The notes beneath the pieces were generated by a model. That model had not been told where the DNA came from and searched no databases. It was given only the letters and a program-made list of their open reading frames with translations. Positions 39,431 to 48,593 of a stretch of DNA of 64,000 bases are shown in pieces (within the stretch, counting starts at the first letter, position 1; each line of letters starts with the position of its first letter). The stretch comes from an uncultured Chloroflexia bacterium. Its GTDB lineage: Bacteria; Chloroflexota; Chloroflexia; QHBQ01; JADMIH01. The position numbers were made by a program, and so were the translations under genes. The stretch covers positions 992,001-1,056,000 of the forward strand of contig CAWCNY010000002.1 in the NCBI GenBank assembly GCA_963797095.1, given 5' to 3'.

Positions 39431-40573
39431 ATGGCAAATGCTCAACGTACAAAAGGTTTGGAGGGCGTAGTAATCGGGAGCAGCACGATAAGCAATGTGG
39501 AGGGCGAGATCGGTCGCCTTAGCTATCGTGGCTATCTGATCGGGGACCTGGCCGAGCACTCCTCCTATGAGGAGGTGCTTTACCTGTTGCTGAACGGGGA
39601 GCTGCCGAACAAGGCTCAGTTGGAGGAGTTGGACAGCATGCTGAAGTCACATCGAGAGCTTCCTGAGCAGGCGATGACGGTATTGCGTGCCCTGCCGACG
39701 ACGGGGGAGCCGATCGACGTTCTACGCACGATCGTATCAGCGCTGGCCTTGATGGACGCCGATGTGAACAACACCTCCGATGAAGCGGTTATTGACAAGA
39801 CCCTGACGCTGGTCGCCAGGATGCCCACTATTGCGGCGGCTTATGATCGCTTGCGCAACAGCAAGGAGCCGGTCGCGCCGAGCAAGACGCTTGGGCATGC
39901 CGCCAATCTTCTCTATATGCTTAAAGGCACCGAGCCTACCAAGGAGGATGCCGCAGCGCTCAACACCTACCTGGTGCTGGCGGCAGAGCACAGCTTCAAC
40001 GCCTCCACATTCACGGCGAAAGTGGTTATCTCCACGCTTTCGGACTATATGTCGGCTATCACGGCGGCGCTTTGCTCACTAAAGGGCGTCTCCCACGGCG
40101 GGGCCAACCAGAAGGCTATGGAGATGATGATCGAGATCGGGTCGCTGGATAATGTGGAGCCGTTCATTGACAATGCACTGGCGACCAAGCGCAGATTGAT
40201 GGGCATGGGGCACAGGATCTACAAGACGTATGACCCACGCGCCGCGCAATTGAACGAGCACGCCCGCATAGTGGCCGAGCGCAGCGGCAACACGCGATGG
40301 TACGAGATCGCCAAGAGGATCGACGAGATCTCGCGCACGCACGAATACTTTTCTTCGCGCAAGATCTACCCGAACGTGGAGTTCTACAGCGCACCGCTGT
40401 TGTACACGTTGGGCTTCGCGCCCGATATGATGCCCGCGCTGTTCGGTTGCAGCAGGGTAGCAGGGTGGTCGGCGCACGTGCTGGAGCAGTTGAGCGACAA
40501 CAGGATCATACGCCCAAGCGTGGAGTATACAGGCTCGGACATAAGGGATTACGTGCCGCTGGAGAAGCGGTAA
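39431..40573 (+). CDS. Citrate (or 2-methylcitrate) synthase
   Basis: KGLEGV, LSYRGY, EHSFNAST, HGGAN, MGMGHRIYK..DPR, YPNVEFYS. Confidence 0.93.
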   Translation: MANAQRTKGLEGVVIGSSTISNVEGEIGRLSYRGYLIGDLAEHSSYEEVLYLLLNGELPNKAQLEELDSMLKSHRELPEQAMTVLRALPTTGEPIDVLRTIVSALALMDADVNNTSDEAVIDKTLTLVARMPTIAAAYDRLRNSKEPVAPSKTLGHAANLLYMLKGTEPTKEDAAALNTYLVLAAEHSFNASTFTAKVVISTLSDYMSAITAALCSLKGVSHGGANQKAMEMMIEIGSLDNVEPFIDNALATKRRLMGMGHRIYKTYDPRAAQLNEHARIVAERSGNTRWYEIAKRIDEISRTHEYFSSRKIYPNVEFYSAPLLYTLGFAPDMMPALFGCSRVAGWSAHVLEQLSDNRIIRPSVEYTGSDIRDYVPLEKR

Positions 40574-40802
40574 CGCGAAGGTTATTGATGGGGGAGCCTG
40601 CGAATGGCTCCCCTTCTGCTAGTGCACTGCTGACATACCGATCTGACGGGAGCATCGCAAGTGGCAACCGGGGAGCCCACGCTGCGTATATGAATGTGTA
40701 GCAAGCAGAGAGGCGGGCAGCGGTATGGCTCAGGTGGCAAGCAACACACAGAGAAGCATTTGGTTGAGTCAGGATGATATCGCTGTGGGTGGCGGTATTT
40801 AT

Positions 40803-42047
40803 CGTTCCGAAAGCGGCTAAGACCCTCGCCTTATGAACATTAACAAATAAATCATCATAGGATAGAATGCATAAAGTTGGGGTATAATGTACTTATACGA
40901 AAGACGTTTCTGTACAGGATACGGCCTACTAAGATACAAGCCACTCGATTGAGTGCCATGCTTGAAGAGTGTCGCTGGCTGTACAATACCTTGCTCGAAC
41001 AGCGCAAGATATCTTGGGAAGAAGGCGGCCTGTCTATGAGCATGTACGCCCAGCATCAATACATCCCTTTCTTGAAGAAGGAACGTCCTACACTCTCTCA
41101 GGTACACAGTCAGGTCTTGCAGAATGTCTCCCAACGCATAGACCTTGCTTTTCAGCACTTTTTTCGTAGAGTAAAAGGCGGTGAAAAGCCCGGCTATCCC
41201 AGATTTCGCGGCTATGGTAGATATAACAGTATGTGCTACCCGCAAGCGCCTTCGGGATGTAACCTGGTGGGCAATAAGCTTCACCTGTCCAAAGTCGGGC
41301 CTGTAGAGGTAGTGCTTCATCGCCCGCTTGAGGGTACGCCTAAGACTGTTTGCGTCAAGCGAAGCGGCACTGGCAAATGGTATGCATCCTTCTCCTGTGA
41401 GTGGGAGCCTACCAGACTGCCTGAAAGCCCTGAGCGGGTAGGTATAGATGTTGGCCTCAAGACGTTCGCTACCCTCTCTACCGGAGAGGAGATTGAAAAC
41501 CCGCGCTTCTTTCGCCTTGAGGAAAAGGCGCTTGCTAAAGCGCAACGCCTGCTTTCCAGGCAAGAGAAAGGTACTCCTGAGCGAGCTAAACGAAGGAAGG
41601 TAGTAGCGAGAGTGCATGAGCGTATAGGCTGGCGTAGAGATAACTTCGCTCACCAGCATTCTCGCAGGATAGTCAACCGTTTCGGGTTGATAGCACTTGA
41701 GGATTTGGGAGTCAACCGGATGAAGCACAACCACTGTCTGAGCAAAAGTATCAGTGATGTGGCGTGGAGCGGGTTTCGCAGCATGATTGCGTGCAAGGCA
41801 GAATGGGCTGGCCGCAAGTACGTTGCTGTAAATCCTGCTTATAGCAGCCAGACGTGTAGTGGTTGCGGGCATAGATTGGCTACCGATAAGAGGCTCGGTC
41901 TCTCCGACAGGATATTCGATTGTCCGTGTTGTGCTTTGCATATCGACAGAGACCTCAATGCCTCTTTGAACATTCTTGCGTTGGGATTACAACGCATCGG
42001 TAATCAATCCGTAGAAGCCCCGCCGTTTACGGCTGGGGAGTAATCTC
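40803..42047 (+). mobile_element. tnpB-only IS200/IS605-family (IS1341-like) element; ends approximate
   Basis: Left end follows TTTAT and contains AAGCGGCTAAGACCCTCGCC; right-end hairpin AGAAGCCCCGCCGTTTACGGCTGGGGAG-TAATCTC; no tnpA. Confidence 0.75.
40877..42043 (+). CDS. tnpB: RNA-guided endonuclease TnpB
   Basis: RKTFLYRIRPT, GYPRF, RuvC-I GIDVG, RuvC-II LEDL, Zn finger CSGCG/CPCC, RuvC-III DRDLNASLNI. Confidence 0.93.
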   Translation: MGYNVLIRKTFLYRIRPTKIQATRLSAMLEECRWLYNTLLEQRKISWEEGGLSMSMYAQHQYIPFLKKERPTLSQVHSQVLQNVSQRIDLAFQHFFRRVKGGEKPGYPRFRGYGRYNSMCYPQAPSGCNLVGNKLHLSKVGPVEVVLHRPLEGTPKTVCVKRSGTGKWYASFSCEWEPTRLPESPERVGIDVGLKTFATLSTGEEIENPRFFRLEEKALAKAQRLLSRQEKGTPERAKRRKVVARVHERIGWRRDNFAHQHSRRIVNRFGLIALEDLGVNRMKHNHCLSKSISDVAWSGFRSMIACKAEWAGRKYVAVNPAYSSQTCSGCGHRLATDKRLGLSDRIFDCPCCALHIDRDLNASLNILALGLQRIGNQSVEAPPFTAGE

Positions 42048-42141
42048 CCGCTTCAGGATGTGTTGTACGCCGAGGTTGTTGACCGCCGGTCTCTCTGCTT
42101 GCTACCCGATGCTGCGCTCGACTTAAGAGTTAGGGAGGCTT

Positions 42142-42984
42142 ATGAAAGTACTCAGTAGTATCGCGGAGATTCGCTCTGCTCATGCCGGGGTCGGCGGTGA
42201 TGAGAGTGTGGGGTTTGTGCCTACTATGGGCTATTTGCACCGGGGGCATATCTCGCTTGTAGAGTTGGCGCGGCGCGAGAACAGCCTGGTTGTGGTGAGC
42301 ATCTTCGTAAACCCCACGCAGTTCGGGCCGAACGAGGACTTTTCGAGCTATCCGAGGGATACCGACCACGATCTTGAGTTGTTGAGAGAGGCCGGGGTCG
42401 ATTGGGTGTTTATGCCGAGCGTGGAGGAGATGTACCCTGATGGGTTTTCGACCTATGTGGAGGTGCGAGAGGTCACGCAGCGCCTTGAGGGGGAGATGAG
42501 GCCGGGGCACTTCCTGGGGGTGGCGACGGTGGTTGCCAAGCTGTTCCACATTGTGCAGCCTACGCGGGCGTATTTCGGGCAGAAGGACGCGCAGCAGGTG
42601 GCGGTGCTACGGAAGATGGTGCGCGACCTGGCTTTCCCGCTTGAGATCGTGGTGGGGCCGACTATGCGAGAGGCGGACGGGCTGGCGTTGTCGTCGCGCA
42701 ACGTCTATTTGAATGCCGAGGAGCGGGTGGCGGCGCTGTGCCTTTACAAAGCTTTGAGCGCGGCCAGGGCGCTATGGGAGAGTGGGGAGCGCCGGGGCGG
42801 TGTGTTGCGTGGGGCTATGGAGGGTGTGCTGGCCGGGGAGCCGATGGCGCGGCCAGATTATGTGAGTGTAGCCGACCCGGTGACGTTGGAGGAGTTGGAC
42901 GATAGCGGCGATGCGCGGGAAGCGCTGGCTTCGCTGGCGGTGCGGATCGGGAAGACGCGGCTGATCGATAACTTCATCCTGTAA
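42142..42984 (+). CDS. panC: Pantoate--beta-alanine ligase
   Basis: FVPTMGYLH.GH, SIFVNPTQF, RPGHF.GV, FGQKDAQQ, LALSSRN, RLIDN. Confidence 0.97.
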   Translation: MKVLSSIAEIRSAHAGVGGDESVGFVPTMGYLHRGHISLVELARRENSLVVVSIFVNPTQFGPNEDFSSYPRDTDHDLELLREAGVDWVFMPSVEEMYPDGFSTYVEVREVTQRLEGEMRPGHFLGVATVVAKLFHIVQPTRAYFGQKDAQQVAVLRKMVRDLAFPLEIVVGPTMREADGLALSSRNVYLNAEERVAALCLYKALSAARALWESGERRGGVLRGAMEGVLAGEPMARPDYVSVADPVTLEELDDSGDAREALASLAVRIGKTRLIDNFIL

Positions 42985-43097
42985 AACGGTTAGTTGGAAC
43001 CACAGAGACACAGAGTCACAGAGGTTATGAGGGTTATTGTAAGATCCTTTATAATCTCTGTGACTCTGTGGTTGATTAAGCAGGTAAGGTGAGGGCT

Positions 43098-43877
43098 ATG
43101 CTGCTGGCGATTGATGTTGGGAATACGAATACAGTGATGGGTCTTTACCAGGGTGAGGAGCTGGTGGCCGATTGGCGGATGGCTACTGTGCATACCCGCA
43201 TGCCGGATGAGTGGGCCGCCAGCCTGATCACCTTGATGGGGCACCGGGAGTATAAGCTGGCGGATATCGACGCTGCCATCCTGGCGAGCGTGGTGCCGCC
43301 TGTGACCACTGCTATGCGGGAGATGGCTGAGGATTACCTGCATACGAAGCTGATGGTCGTGGAGCCGGGGATCAAGACGGGCGTGAAGGTGACGGTGGAT
43401 AATCCGCGAGAGGTGGGGGCCGACCGGATCGTTAATACGATGGCGGCGCACGCCCGGTATGGCGGGCCTGCAATCGTGATCGATTTCGGGACGGCTACTA
43501 CCTTCGATGTGGTGTCGCCGGATGGGGAATATTTGGGCGGGGCTATCTCGCCGGGGCTGGTGGTATCGTCTGACGCACTGTTCAGGCTGACCGCGCAGTT
43601 GCGGCGAATAGAGCTTGTCGCGCCGAAGTCGAGCATCGGGAAGAACACGCCCCATGCCATGCAATCGGGCGTGGTGTGGGGGTATGTGGGCCTGGTGGAA
43701 GGTATGGTGAACAGGATCAAGGCCGATATGGGGGAGATGGGCCGTAGCGCCAAGGTGATCTCTACAGGCGGGCTGGCACGCTTGATTGCGGAGCACACGG
43801 ATTGCGTGGATATCATCGACAAAGACCTCACATTGGATGGGTTGAGGTTGATATATGAGTTGAATCGTGATACGTGA
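43098..43877 (+). CDS. coaX: Type III pantothenate kinase
   Basis: LAIDVGNTN, SVVP, VGADR, DFGTATT, YLGGAI.PG, TGG. Confidence 0.96.
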   Translation: MLLAIDVGNTNTVMGLYQGEELVADWRMATVHTRMPDEWAASLITLMGHREYKLADIDAAILASVVPPVTTAMREMAEDYLHTKLMVVEPGIKTGVKVTVDNPREVGADRIVNTMAAHARYGGPAIVIDFGTATTFDVVSPDGEYLGGAISPGLVVSSDALFRLTAQLRRIELVAPKSSIGKNTPHAMQSGVVWGYVGLVEGMVNRIKADMGEMGRSAKVISTGGLARLIAEHTDCVDIIDKDLTLDGLRLIYELNRDT

Positions 43878-43882
43878 GGTAG

Positions 43883-44008
43883 TGCGTACTGCGTATTGCG
43901 TACTGCGTATTGCGTACTGCGTATTGCGTACTGCGTATTGCTTACTGCGTATTGCTTACTGCGTATTGCGTACTGCGTATTGCTTACTGCGTATTGCTTA
44001 CTGCGTAG
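43883..44008. repeat. 14-bp tandem repeat TGC(G/T)TACTGCGTAT x9
   Basis: Directly visible; a related short array lies at 45850-45876. Confidence 0.95.
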
Positions 44009-44065
44009 TTTGAAGGTCGAGTGGTGGGGCTTTGTGTTGTTGGTTGATTGAATGGAGGTGTTGAG

Positions 44066-44323
44066 ATGGGTCGATCTGTTGTGAAGTCTTCTGTTGTGAA
44101 TGCCGCGGTATTGAATCCTTCTGTGTGGCGGCCAATCGGGGCGGCGGCGCTGGGCGCGCTGGCGGTTGGAGCATTTGCTATTGGGACGGTAGTGGTAGGG
44201 CGTATCGCGCTTGGGAAACTGGCGGTGGGCCAGGTGAGCGCGGGCAAGGTGAAGATCGCTGAGTTGGAAGTGGGCACGCTTCGGGTGAAGAAGCTCGAAG
44301 TGCTGGAAGGCATGGATTCATAG
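44066..44323 (+). CDS. Small hypothetical protein with pentad repeats (GALAV/GKLAV)
   Basis: SD GGAGG; 85 aa with 5-residue periodicity. Confidence 0.75.
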   Translation: MGRSVVKSSVVNAAVLNPSVWRPIGAAALGALAVGAFAIGTVVVGRIALGKLAVGQVSAGKVKIAELEVGTLRVKKLEVLEGMDS

Positions 44324-44334
44324 GGAGTTGTGTG

Positions 44335-45543
44335 ATGGGTTTGGACTGCAAGCGGGTTGTACTGGGGGTATCGGGTGGGATAGCCGCTTATAAGGCGGCG
44401 GACCTTGCCTCGAAGCTGTCGCAGGCGGGGGCGCTGGTTGATGTGATCATGACCGAAGGTGCCCGCAAGTTTGTGACTCCGTTGACGTTTGCTGCCCTCA
44501 CGCACAGGCCCGTGCGTACCGACATATTCGAGGATTGGTTGGGTGAGGATACGGGGCACGTGGGGCTGGCTCATGGGGCTGATGTGCTGGTGGTCGCGCC
44601 CGCCACGGCCCACACGATTGCCAGGCTGGCGCTTGGGTTGTCGGACGACTTGCTTGGAGCGGTCTATTTGTCGACGCGTGCTCCTGTGCTGATCGTGCCT
44701 GCTATGGAGAGCGGGATGTATACGCACCCGGCCACACAACAGCATTTGGAGACACTCAAGCAGAGGGGTGCGGTCGTGATGACTCCGGCGGAGGGGCACC
44801 TGGCTTCGGGGGCGTCGGGGGTCGGGAGGATGCCTGAGCCTGCCGAGATCCTGGCGGAGATACGGATCGTGCTGGGTAGAGAGGGGACTCTGAAGGGGAG
44901 GCGGGTGGTGGTGACGGCGGGGGGCACGCACGAAGCGATAGATCCGGTGAGGTTTGTTGGCAACGGGTCGTCGGGGAAGATGGGGTATGCTATCGCCGAA
45001 GAAGCGTTGTATGGAGGGGCCGAGGTGACGCTGATCAGTGGGCCTGTGGCTTTGCAAGCTCCCTACGGAGTGAAGGTTGTGCGTGTCACCGGCGCGCGGG
45101 AGATGGAGGGGGCGGTGCGTGAGGCGGTGGTAGATGGTCGGGCCGATGCCCTGGTGATGGCTGCGGCGGTGGCCGATTACGCGCCTGCCGAGGTGGCAGA
45201 GCAAAAGATCAAGAAGACGGGCGACACGCTGTCGCTGACAATGACGCGCAATCCTGATATACTGGGCAACCTGGCGGGGATGGATCTGCCGGGGCTGGTG
45301 CGTGTCGGGTTTGCAGCCGAGACGCAGGACCTTGTCGAGAATGCGCGGGAGAAACTGCGGAAGAAGAAGCTCGATATGATCGTGGCTAACGATGCGGTGG
45401 CAAGCATTGGGGCCGATGAGAGCGCGATCACGCTGATTACGAGGGATGGCGGGATGGAGCAGCTGCCGCCCGCGCCCAAGGGCGAGAACGCGCGGGTTAT
45501 TGTGGGAAAGTTAGTGGAATTGTTAGGTGTGAAGTACGTATGA
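44335..45543 (+). CDS. coaBC: Phosphopantothenoylcysteine decarboxylase/ligase
   Basis: GGIAAYK, APATA, PAM, GRMPEP, TAGGT.E.IDPVR..N.SSGKMG, GFAAET. Confidence 0.96.
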   Translation: MGLDCKRVVLGVSGGIAAYKAADLASKLSQAGALVDVIMTEGARKFVTPLTFAALTHRPVRTDIFEDWLGEDTGHVGLAHGADVLVVAPATAHTIARLALGLSDDLLGAVYLSTRAPVLIVPAMESGMYTHPATQQHLETLKQRGAVVMTPAEGHLASGASGVGRMPEPAEILAEIRIVLGREGTLKGRRVVVTAGGTHEAIDPVRFVGNGSSGKMGYAIAEEALYGGAEVTLISGPVALQAPYGVKVVRVTGAREMEGAVREAVVDGRADALVMAAAVADYAPAEVAEQKIKKTGDTLSLTMTRNPDILGNLAGMDLPGLVRVGFAAETQDLVENAREKLRKKKLDMIVANDAVASIGADESAITLITRDGGMEQLPPAPKGENARVIVGKLVELLGVKYV

Positions 45544-45848
45544 CGCTACCCTGGACAGTTGACTATCTGCCGCACCTGCTGGTGCTGCTGGTGATCGCGG
45601 CGGTGGTTGGGTGGCTGACCGATCTGATCGCCGGGGGGCGGGTGCCCCTTGGTTTCTTCGGAGCTATCTTGTTCGGGTTGGTTGGGGCCTGGTTCGCGAT
45701 TGAGATCGTGCGCCCGCGCGTGCCGTTCACATTGCCCACCGAGCCGATTTTCGATCATGTGCCGCTTGTGACGGCGGCTACCGGGGCGTTTGTGGTGTCT
45801 TTGATGTGGTGCGCGCTAGCCTCGCGGTTGCGGAGGCGGTACAGGTAG
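45540..45848 (+). CDS. GlsB/YeaQ/YmgE (transglycosylase-associated) membrane protein
   Basis: IAAVVGWL..LI.G, GLVGAW; overlaps the coaBC stop. Confidence 0.75.
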   Translation: MTLPWTVDYLPHLLVLLVIAAVVGWLTDLIAGGRVPLGFFGAILFGLVGAWFAIEIVRPRVPFTLPTEPIFDHVPLVTAATGAFVVSLMWCALASRLRRRYR

Positions 45849-46010
45849 AGCGTATTGCGTACTGTGTACTGCGTAGTGCTTATTTCGCTTGGAGAGGGCT
45901 TTTTTAGCCAGGGTTTTGTATTGGTTTGTTAAGGTGCTGGACTGTTACTTGCGTTTGCCTTTGTAGCGCCTTTGCTGTCGGGCTTAGGGTTGTGAACGTC
46001 CTTTGAATTG

Positions 46011-46039
46011 ATCTTAGCACAAGCGTTCTAGTTATGCAA
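46011..46039 (-). promoter_or_regulatory. Sigma70-like promoter overlapping a Gram-positive-type LexA-box-like site
   Basis: Minus strand TTGCAT-17-TAAGAT with TAGAAC-GCTT-GTGCTA spanning the spacer. Confidence 0.45.
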
Positions 46040-46329
46040 GTAGACTTTTGGGTAGTTTTTGTAGTGGTGAGTGCGGAGTGGGAGTGTTGGGGTTGGTACT
46101 TTCCCGTGGGTGATCTTGGGGAGCGAGATTCTTCACTTCGTTCAGGATGACAACCTTCTTCTTGGTTCGTTTCTTGCCACATTTTCTTTAGCGAAGTACT
46201 CAAGATGACCTGGTGGGAGGTGGGTTGGCTTTTGGGATGATAGTTGCCTACAGGTAGGCATTGTTCTGTCGGGTAGAGATTGTGGGTTGGTTGACGAGAA
46301 GAGGTGTGTGTTGAGAGATTGGTGTTGGC

Positions 46330-47253
46330 ATGAGTGATGGGGTTGAGTTGAAAGCTTTGGAGGATGGTTTGGCTGAGGGGAGTGGGGTGCCTTCGGCGGA
46401 GCGCGGTTCGCGCTTTTCTGTGTGGCGAATGCGCATGCGTTTGGGCGGGTTGGAGGTGTCGTTTCCCCAACTGGTGCTGGCTTCGGGGATTGTTGTTTAT
46501 GGCTTTGCCATGCCGGGGGATGTTAAGTTCAAGCTGGATGCCATGGGCTTCGGGGTGTGTCACCAGATACACACTCATTCCTTCACTATAGGTGGGCACC
46601 AATTGCCTCTGTGCGCCCGATGTACGGGTATCTACCTGGGCGCGCTTTCGGCTGTGTTTATTATGTCGCGATTGAGGAGGCGGTCTGATCGTTTGCCTGC
46701 TGCGGGGATGTTGGGCTTGCTTGGTCTCTTTTTCGGGGCGATGGTGCTGGACGGGCTTAACTCCACCTTTCAGACGTTCGGCGGCGGGCTCTGGGATAGC
46801 ACGAACCTGGTGAGGTTGATCACGGGGGCGATGTCGGGCTTGGCGGTGGCCTTCGTTTTCTACCCGGTGTTCAATCTGAGCGTGTGGCACCGGGAAGTAA
46901 GGCAGCGGCGGAGCGTGCTTGCGCGTGGGGTTGAGTTATTGCCCTACCTGGCGCTGGCGGGGGTGCTGCTCGCGCTGGTGCTGGTGGGTGCGGGTTGGCT
47001 CTATTATCCGCTGTCGGTGTTGAGTATCAGCGGGCTGCTGACGCTGCTTACTATGGCAAATACGTTGGTGATTTTGCTGGTCACTCGCAAGGACGAGCAG
47101 GCTCGCACGCCTCACGATGTATTGACATTTGTGCTGTGGGGGCTGGCCTTGAGCCTGGTTATGCTGACGCTGCTGGCGTGGGGTAGGGCTTCGCTCGCGC
47201 CCTTTATGGCGGGGAATCCGCTGGGAGTGCCGGTGCTGCCGGGATTGCCGTAG
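46330..47253 (+). CDS. DUF2085-family membrane protein
   Basis: VCHQ..HSF..GG.QLPLCARCTGIYLG, LDG, N..RLITG. Confidence 0.88.
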   Translation: MSDGVELKALEDGLAEGSGVPSAERGSRFSVWRMRMRLGGLEVSFPQLVLASGIVVYGFAMPGDVKFKLDAMGFGVCHQIHTHSFTIGGHQLPLCARCTGIYLGALSAVFIMSRLRRRSDRLPAAGMLGLLGLFFGAMVLDGLNSTFQTFGGGLWDSTNLVRLITGAMSGLAVAFVFYPVFNLSVWHREVRQRRSVLARGVELLPYLALAGVLLALVLVGAGWLYYPLSVLSISGLLTLLTMANTLVILLVTRKDEQARTPHDVLTFVLWGLALSLVMLTLLAWGRASLAPFMAGNPLGVPVLPGLP

Positions 47254-47434
47254 GAGGAACGAAGGACGAACGTCCCAAATTTCAAGTTCCAAGTTCCAAG
47301 TTCCTGGTGGTCGGTAGTCGGAACGTTCGTCCTGCGTCGCCCTCTCGCAACTTCCAAGTTTGAACCGCGTGTGATACACTGTAGGCGTTCGGACGTTAGC
47401 CGACTTATGTGGACTAGCAAAGGAGGTCGTACTC

Positions 47435-48565
47435 ATGGACGCTAATTCCAGTACTGGGCCTACACCTTCGGGCGGGATGACGCAGGCTCAGGCCAATAAC
47501 CTGAGCAGGATTGGTATCCCGTCAGACATTATTCAGGAGATCCGACAGGCAAACCTACCTGACCCTGTGTTGGCCAAGCTTGAGACTGTTACTTCACCTC
47601 AGCAATTGGCCGATGAGGTGGGAACGCTGTGGCTGTCGAGCGATCTTGTGGAGAGGATCAAGAAGACTCAACCACCTGAACTGCCAGCGGCCCCGGCGCG
47701 TGTGGAACTTCCGGCTCCGGAGACCCCTCCTGCCATGACTCCCGGCCCCAGCGCGCCGGTTACTCCTCCCGCAGGCTATGCTCCACCCCCGCAGATGCAG
47801 CAACCTCAGCCCCCCTCTCAGCCGCAATACAACTACGGGCAAGCGCCGCCGCAAGGTGCTCCACCGCCGGGAGGCTATATGCCGCCACAGGGCGCACCGC
47901 CGCCGGGCGGCTATCCGCAGCCGCAGCCGACCCAGCCTATGGGGCAGCAGCCGGGTTATCCTCCTCCACAGTACCCGCAGTACCAGCAGCAGCCAGGGGC
48001 ACAGGGATATGGGCAGGCTCCCTACGGGCAGCAGCCTTATCCCCAGCAGCCCTATGCGCAACAGCCTTATGGAGCGGCACCGGCGGCAGCAGTCGCCCCG
48101 AAGAAGGGCGGGGTGCCCGCTGTTGTGTGGGTGTTGGGTGGGATTTTCCTGTTCCTGATACTTTGCGTGGTGGGTATATGGGTGGCTGTCAGCGCATTCG
48201 TCAGCAGCGCGGGACATGCCCTGGATACGCTTGGCGCGACCGGAGTTGCATCTACGTTCAGCCTGGAGATGGCAACCGGCCAATTTGAGAATGCCCACGA
48301 TCTGCTTGGCGGCAGCCTGGGCACCAGGTACAGCGCTACCACCCTGGAAGATAAGTGGACCGCGTTGTCGGGCGACAGCACGTCCAGCCTTTCTACAGAT
48401 ATCGGTTCGCCAAAGGTTGACGGCGACAGGGTGATAATACCGTGGACGATAACGAATGCACAGGGGAAACAATATCACGTGGACCTTTATATGGGCACTA
48501 TTTCATCCGGCAATGATGCTTTCCAGATAGTGGATGCCAAGCCGGATTTAATACCGTCTCCCTGA
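47435..48565 (+). CDS. Pro/Gln/Gly/Tyr-rich bitopic membrane protein
   Basis: SD AAGGAGG; low-complexity cytoplasmic region, one TM helix, extracellular domain. Confidence 0.8.
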   Translation: MDANSSTGPTPSGGMTQAQANNLSRIGIPSDIIQEIRQANLPDPVLAKLETVTSPQQLADEVGTLWLSSDLVERIKKTQPPELPAAPARVELPAPETPPAMTPGPSAPVTPPAGYAPPPQMQQPQPPSQPQYNYGQAPPQGAPPPGGYMPPQGAPPPGGYPQPQPTQPMGQQPGYPPPQYPQYQQQPGAQGYGQAPYGQQPYPQQPYAQQPYGAAPAAAVAPKKGGVPAVVWVLGGIFLFLILCVVGIWVAVSAFVSSAGHALDTLGATGVASTFSLEMATGQFENAHDLLGGSLGTRYSATTLEDKWTALSGDSTSSLSTDIGSPKVDGDRVIIPWTITNAQGKQYHVDLYMGTISSGNDAFQIVDAKPDLIPSP

Positions 48566-48593
48566 TGCGTTGCGATGTATGAGAGCAACTTAG

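Noticed and set aside
40620-40880. Possible IStron (group I intron-IS chimera)
   Set aside because: The site is intergenic and I could not identify group I core P/Q/R/S elements.
40817-41941. 374-aa ORF antisense to tnpB as a possible tnpA
   Set aside because: No HUH/Y1 motifs; it is simply the reverse frame of tnpB.
43883-44008. Possible CRISPR array
   Set aside because: Contiguous 14-bp units with no spacers and no cas genes; no repeat-spacer array was seen anywhere in the window.
45904-46890. 328-aa minus-strand ORF downstream of the DUF2085 region
   Set aside because: Antisense to the DUF2085 gene and runs through REP-like repeats; composition does not look like a real protein.
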